From assembly GCA_049606355.1 (NCBI GenBank), contig JBMYVL010000001.1:74773-106772 (forward strand): 32,000 nt of DNA, given 5' to 3'. The notes under the pieces are model-generated. The model had not been told where the DNA came from. It saw only the letters and a program-made list of their open reading frames with translations, and searched no databases. This document shows positions 29,321-32,000 of this stretch, one piece after another. Positions within the stretch are counted from its first letter, which is position 1. Each line of letters starts with the position of its first letter. The position numbers were made by a program, and so were the translations under genes. Source of the DNA: Opitutales bacterium (GTDB lineage Bacteria > Verrucomicrobiota > Verrucomicrobiia > Opitutales > Coraliomargaritaceae).

Positions 29321-30808
29321 ATGGGAAAAGCAACCGGATTCATGGAATTTGAGCGTAAAACGATCGCCAATCGCGATCCGATCGAGCGCCTCAAAGACTG
29401 GAACGAAATTCATCAAGAATTTGATCAGGAAGCCGTACAAAAACAAGGTGCGCGCTGTATGGATTGTGGGACTCCATACTGCCATACCGGCATGACGCTG
29501 TCCAACATGGCCAGTGGCTGCCCGATCAACAACCTCATCCCGGAATTTAACGATCTCGTCTATCGCGGCAAATGGCACGACGCCTATACGCGCCTCTCGA
29601 AGACCAACAACTTCCCGGAGTTCACTGGTCGAGTCTGCCCCGCACCGTGTGAGGGCTCCTGCGTGCTCGGCGTGATTGAACCGCCGGTGACGATTAAAAA
29701 TATCGAATGCTCGATCATTGATAAAGCATGGTCCGAAGGCTGGGTCACCGCCGAGCCACCGAAAGAGCGTACAGGTAAAAAGGTTGCCGTCGTGGGCTCG
29801 GGTCCTGCTGGCCTCGCAGCAGCGGATCAACTCAACAAGGCCGGCCATCTCGTCACCGTCTACGAGCGTGCCGACCGCCCTGGCGGCCTACTCATGTACG
29901 GGATTCCCAACATGAAGCTTGAGAAGGATATCGTCACACGCCGCACCCAGCTCATGGAAGAGGAAGGCGTCACCATTCAGTGTGGTGTCGAGATCGGTAA
30001 AGACCTTTCATCAAAGGAACTGCTGAATGAATTTGATGCCATTGTTCTCGCTTGTGGTGCCACCAAACCGCGCGACCTTCCGATTGAAGGCCGTGAACTC
30101 GGCAACATTCGCTTTGCGATGGAATTCCTCGGACCCAACACCAAAGAACTGTGGGATATCAAAGACGGCAAAGCTGAGCAATTCAGCGAGCTCGCGAAAG
30201 GCAAGCATGTGGTGATCATCGGTGGTGGTGATACCGGTACCGACTGTGTCGGGACCTCCCTGCGCCATGGTTGCGAAAGCGTCTGCCAACTCGAAATCAT
30301 GCCGAAACCACCTACGGAGCGAGCGGCGAACAATCCATGGCCAGAATGGCCCAAGACCTACAAAATGGACTACGGCCAAGAAGAAGCGGCGGCAGTACAA
30401 GGTCAAGATCCGCGCCAATACCTCGTCAGTGCCAGCAAATTCGAAGGTGACGCCGACGGCAATGTGAAGGCCGTGCACATTCACGACATTGAATGGACGA
30501 ATGACAACGGTCGCTTCATTCCTAAAAAAGTGGAAGGTTCTGAGCGGGTCATTCCAGCCGACTTAGTCCTGCTCGCAATGGGCTTCCTCGGGCCCGAAGC
30601 GACCATCGTCGATGAACTTGGCCTCGAGCAAGACGCACGTTCGAACATCAAAGCGGACTACGGTAAATTCAAAACCAGTGTCGATAAAGTTTTCGCTGCG
30701 GGTGACGTACGCCGTGGACAGTCGCTCATCGTTTGGGCGATCAACGAAGGCCGTGCGGTTGCACGAGAATGCGACCGATTCCTCATGGGCAGCACCAAGC
30801 TGCCTTAA
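29321..30808 (+). CDS. gltD: Glutamate synthase small subunit (NADPH-dependent)
   Basis: 495 aa with Fe-S Cys clusters (CMDCGTPYC; CPAPCEGSC) and two dinucleotide folds ([14 protein letters not shown]; [13 protein letters not shown]). It lies 43 nt downstream of gltB. Confidence 0.95.
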   Translation: MGKATGFMEFERKTIANRDPIERLKDWNEIHQEFDQEAVQKQGARCMDCGTPYCHTGMTLSNMASGCPINNLIPEFNDLVYRGKWHDAYTRLSKTNNFPEFTGRVCPAPCEGSCVLGVIEPPVTIKNIECSIIDKAWSEGWVTAEPPKERTGKKVAVVGSGPAGLAAADQLNKAGHLVTVYERADRPGGLLMYGIPNMKLEKDIVTRRTQLMEEEGVTIQCGVEIGKDLSSKELLNEFDAIVLACGATKPRDLPIEGRELGNIRFAMEFLGPNTKELWDIKDGKAEQFSELAKGKHVVIIGGGDTGTDCVGTSLRHGCESVCQLEIMPKPPTERAANNPWPEWPKTYKMDYGQEEAAAVQGQDPRQYLVSASKFEGDADGNVKAVHIHDIEWTNDNGRFIPKKVEGSERVIPADLVLLAMGFLGPEATIVDELGLEQDARSNIKADYGKFKTSVDKVFAAGDVRRGQSLIVWAINEGRAVARECDRFLMGSTKLP

Positions 30809-30834
30809 ACGAAGGCCATCGATTTCTTTCTTTC

Positions 30835-30870
30835 AAAGCCCCGCATCGATCACGATCGGGGCTTTTTTGT
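30835..30870 (+). terminator. Rho-independent terminator of gltBD
   Basis: GCCCCG(c)ATCG (30838-30848) pairs with CGATCGGGGC (30853-30862) around a 4-nt loop. TTTTTT follows at 30863-30868, and the upstream AAA can extend the stem. Confidence 0.8.
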
Positions 30871-31051
30871 GCACCCGTGCATGCCTTGAGTCTGGCTGGA
30901 AGTGCTCAAATTTAGGCACTTTACGTCGAACAGACGGGGGCTTCCTGCCGCCCATCCTCAATGAAACGCAAACCTGTAAAACCACGGTGAATCCTCTGCT
31001 CAAAGTGAGCAGATCCAGATGGCGGCACCGCCTATGCTCTATTCGTAGGCC

Positions 31052-31882
31052 ATGCCTTATCTCTATTGCAACATGACACAATCACAGATGCAGCGCTTTG
31101 TTGGGAGCCTCAAGAAGTCTCCGGCAATTAGCTGTGCCTGTTTTAAAAATAATATTCGAGTCGTCTCCCTTAAGTTTCTACGCATCTGCCGCATCAGCCT
31201 GCTCGGTTTGTTCATAAATCCCGGTCAAGCCGCCGAGGTCGCAGCATGGGACGTGGCTGAGGCAAATTTAAATAATGGCCTGAGCGCTCCTTACAGCTTC
31301 GATGCGACCACGATCGAAGGAATGCTCAACGCAGAACTCACCCTCGGCGCTGGTGTCAATCCCAGTACTGCTGTAGAGCAATACGGCTTTAAAGTATCTG
31401 CAGCGGATGCTCAAACATCACTGGCGGGGGCGATCGACAAGCAGCATTATATCCAGTTCACACTTACGGCAGATCCGGGCTATGTGCTCAATCTATCCGA
31501 ACTGAATTTCAATGGGGAGTCCTCCTCCACGGGCGCGACTCACGTCGCGATTCTATCAGACATTGCGGGCTTCACAGAGACGGCGGCGCTCGCCACCGTT
31601 ACAAGCGCCAATATCACCGGCGGCTTCGATACGGACAGCTCGGGCTTTGGCGCACCGATTGACCTATCAGATGCGGCCTACCAGAACATTAGCTCGGTAA
31701 CCTTTCGTATCTACGGATGGAACTCGAGTAGTGGTTCGGGTACGACAGCACTGAGAAACTTAACTGGCAACGATCTCGTCATTCATGGCACTGCGGCACC
31801 AGTGCCCGAACCCGAAGCCTTAACACTAATCACAGGTATGGTAAGCGCCGTTTGTGTCCTGCGCAGACGCCGCGTCGCCTAA
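31052..31882 (+). CDS. PEP-CTERM sorting-signal protein (exosortase substrate), passenger domain of unknown function
   Basis: The C-terminus AAPVPEPEALTLITGMVSAVCVLRRRRVA has a PEP motif, a TM helix and an Arg cluster, which is the classic PEP-CTERM arrangement. An internal signal-peptide-like KFLRICRISLLGLFINPGQA/AE begins about 40 codons after the first ATG, so the true start is uncertain (31052, 31073, 31088 or non-canonical). Confidence 0.75.
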   Translation: MPYLYCNMTQSQMQRFVGSLKKSPAISCACFKNNIRVVSLKFLRICRISLLGLFINPGQAAEVAAWDVAEANLNNGLSAPYSFDATTIEGMLNAELTLGAGVNPSTAVEQYGFKVSAADAQTSLAGAIDKQHYIQFTLTADPGYVLNLSELNFNGESSSTGATHVAILSDIAGFTETAALATVTSANITGGFDTDSSGFGAPIDLSDAAYQNISSVTFRIYGWNSSSGSGTTALRNLTGNDLVIHGTAAPVPEPEALTLITGMVSAVCVLRRRRVA

Positions 31883-31905
31883 CTGAATACCAACCCGTTG
31901 CACCC

Positions 31906-31934
31906 AAACCGCCGAGTTCACTCGGCGGTTTTTT
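31906..31934 (+). terminator. Rho-independent terminator after the PEP-CTERM gene
   Basis: CCGCCGAG (31909-31916) pairs with CTCGGCGG (31921-31928) around the loop TTCA. TTTTTT follows at 31929-31934, and AAA precedes the stem. Confidence 0.85.
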
Positions 31935-32000
31935 CGTGCCCTGCATTGACCTTCAGCAGTGGTCGCTCTTGCATGTCAGCTGTGCGAGCTTCGATGGCAC

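Overview
This is a chromosomal, gene-dense 32-kb segment from a moderately GC-rich didermic bacterium. KdsB, an RND pump, an EpsI-family protein and a protein with a PEP-CTERM sorting signal fit a Verrucomicrobiota/PVC-like organism, but that is inference only. I support about 31 protein genes and three intrinsic terminators. I saw no rRNA, tRNA, CRISPR array, IS element or prophage. Most of the window is housekeeping: an RND permease (5' truncated), metX-metW, galE, nrdR, trpG/pabA, trpB, kdsB, accB-accC, an Asp23 stress operon and gltB-gltD. Two regions look accessory and are the best candidates for uncharacterised biology. (1) At 13.9-20.4 kb there is an envelope locus. It holds an O-antigen-ligase-like (Wzy_C) membrane protein fused to TPR repeats, which is translationally coupled to a secreted FecR-like protein. 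A stand-alone, sequence-divergent EpsI (exosortase partner) protein is transcribed divergently, with no exosortase in the window. Converging on EpsI, and overlapping its stop codon, is a four-gene KAS III / ACP / SDR / NeuD-PglD-type acyltransferase cassette with no sugar-nucleotide genes nearby. A PEP-CTERM substrate protein lies 13 kb downstream. (2) At 6.5-9.5 kb there is a dedicated KAS I/II condensing enzyme, a non-housekeeping ACP, an internal hairpin terminator, and then a CrtI/phytoene-desaturase-family flavoprotein. All functional calls come from reading motifs in the supplied translations. No database search was run.
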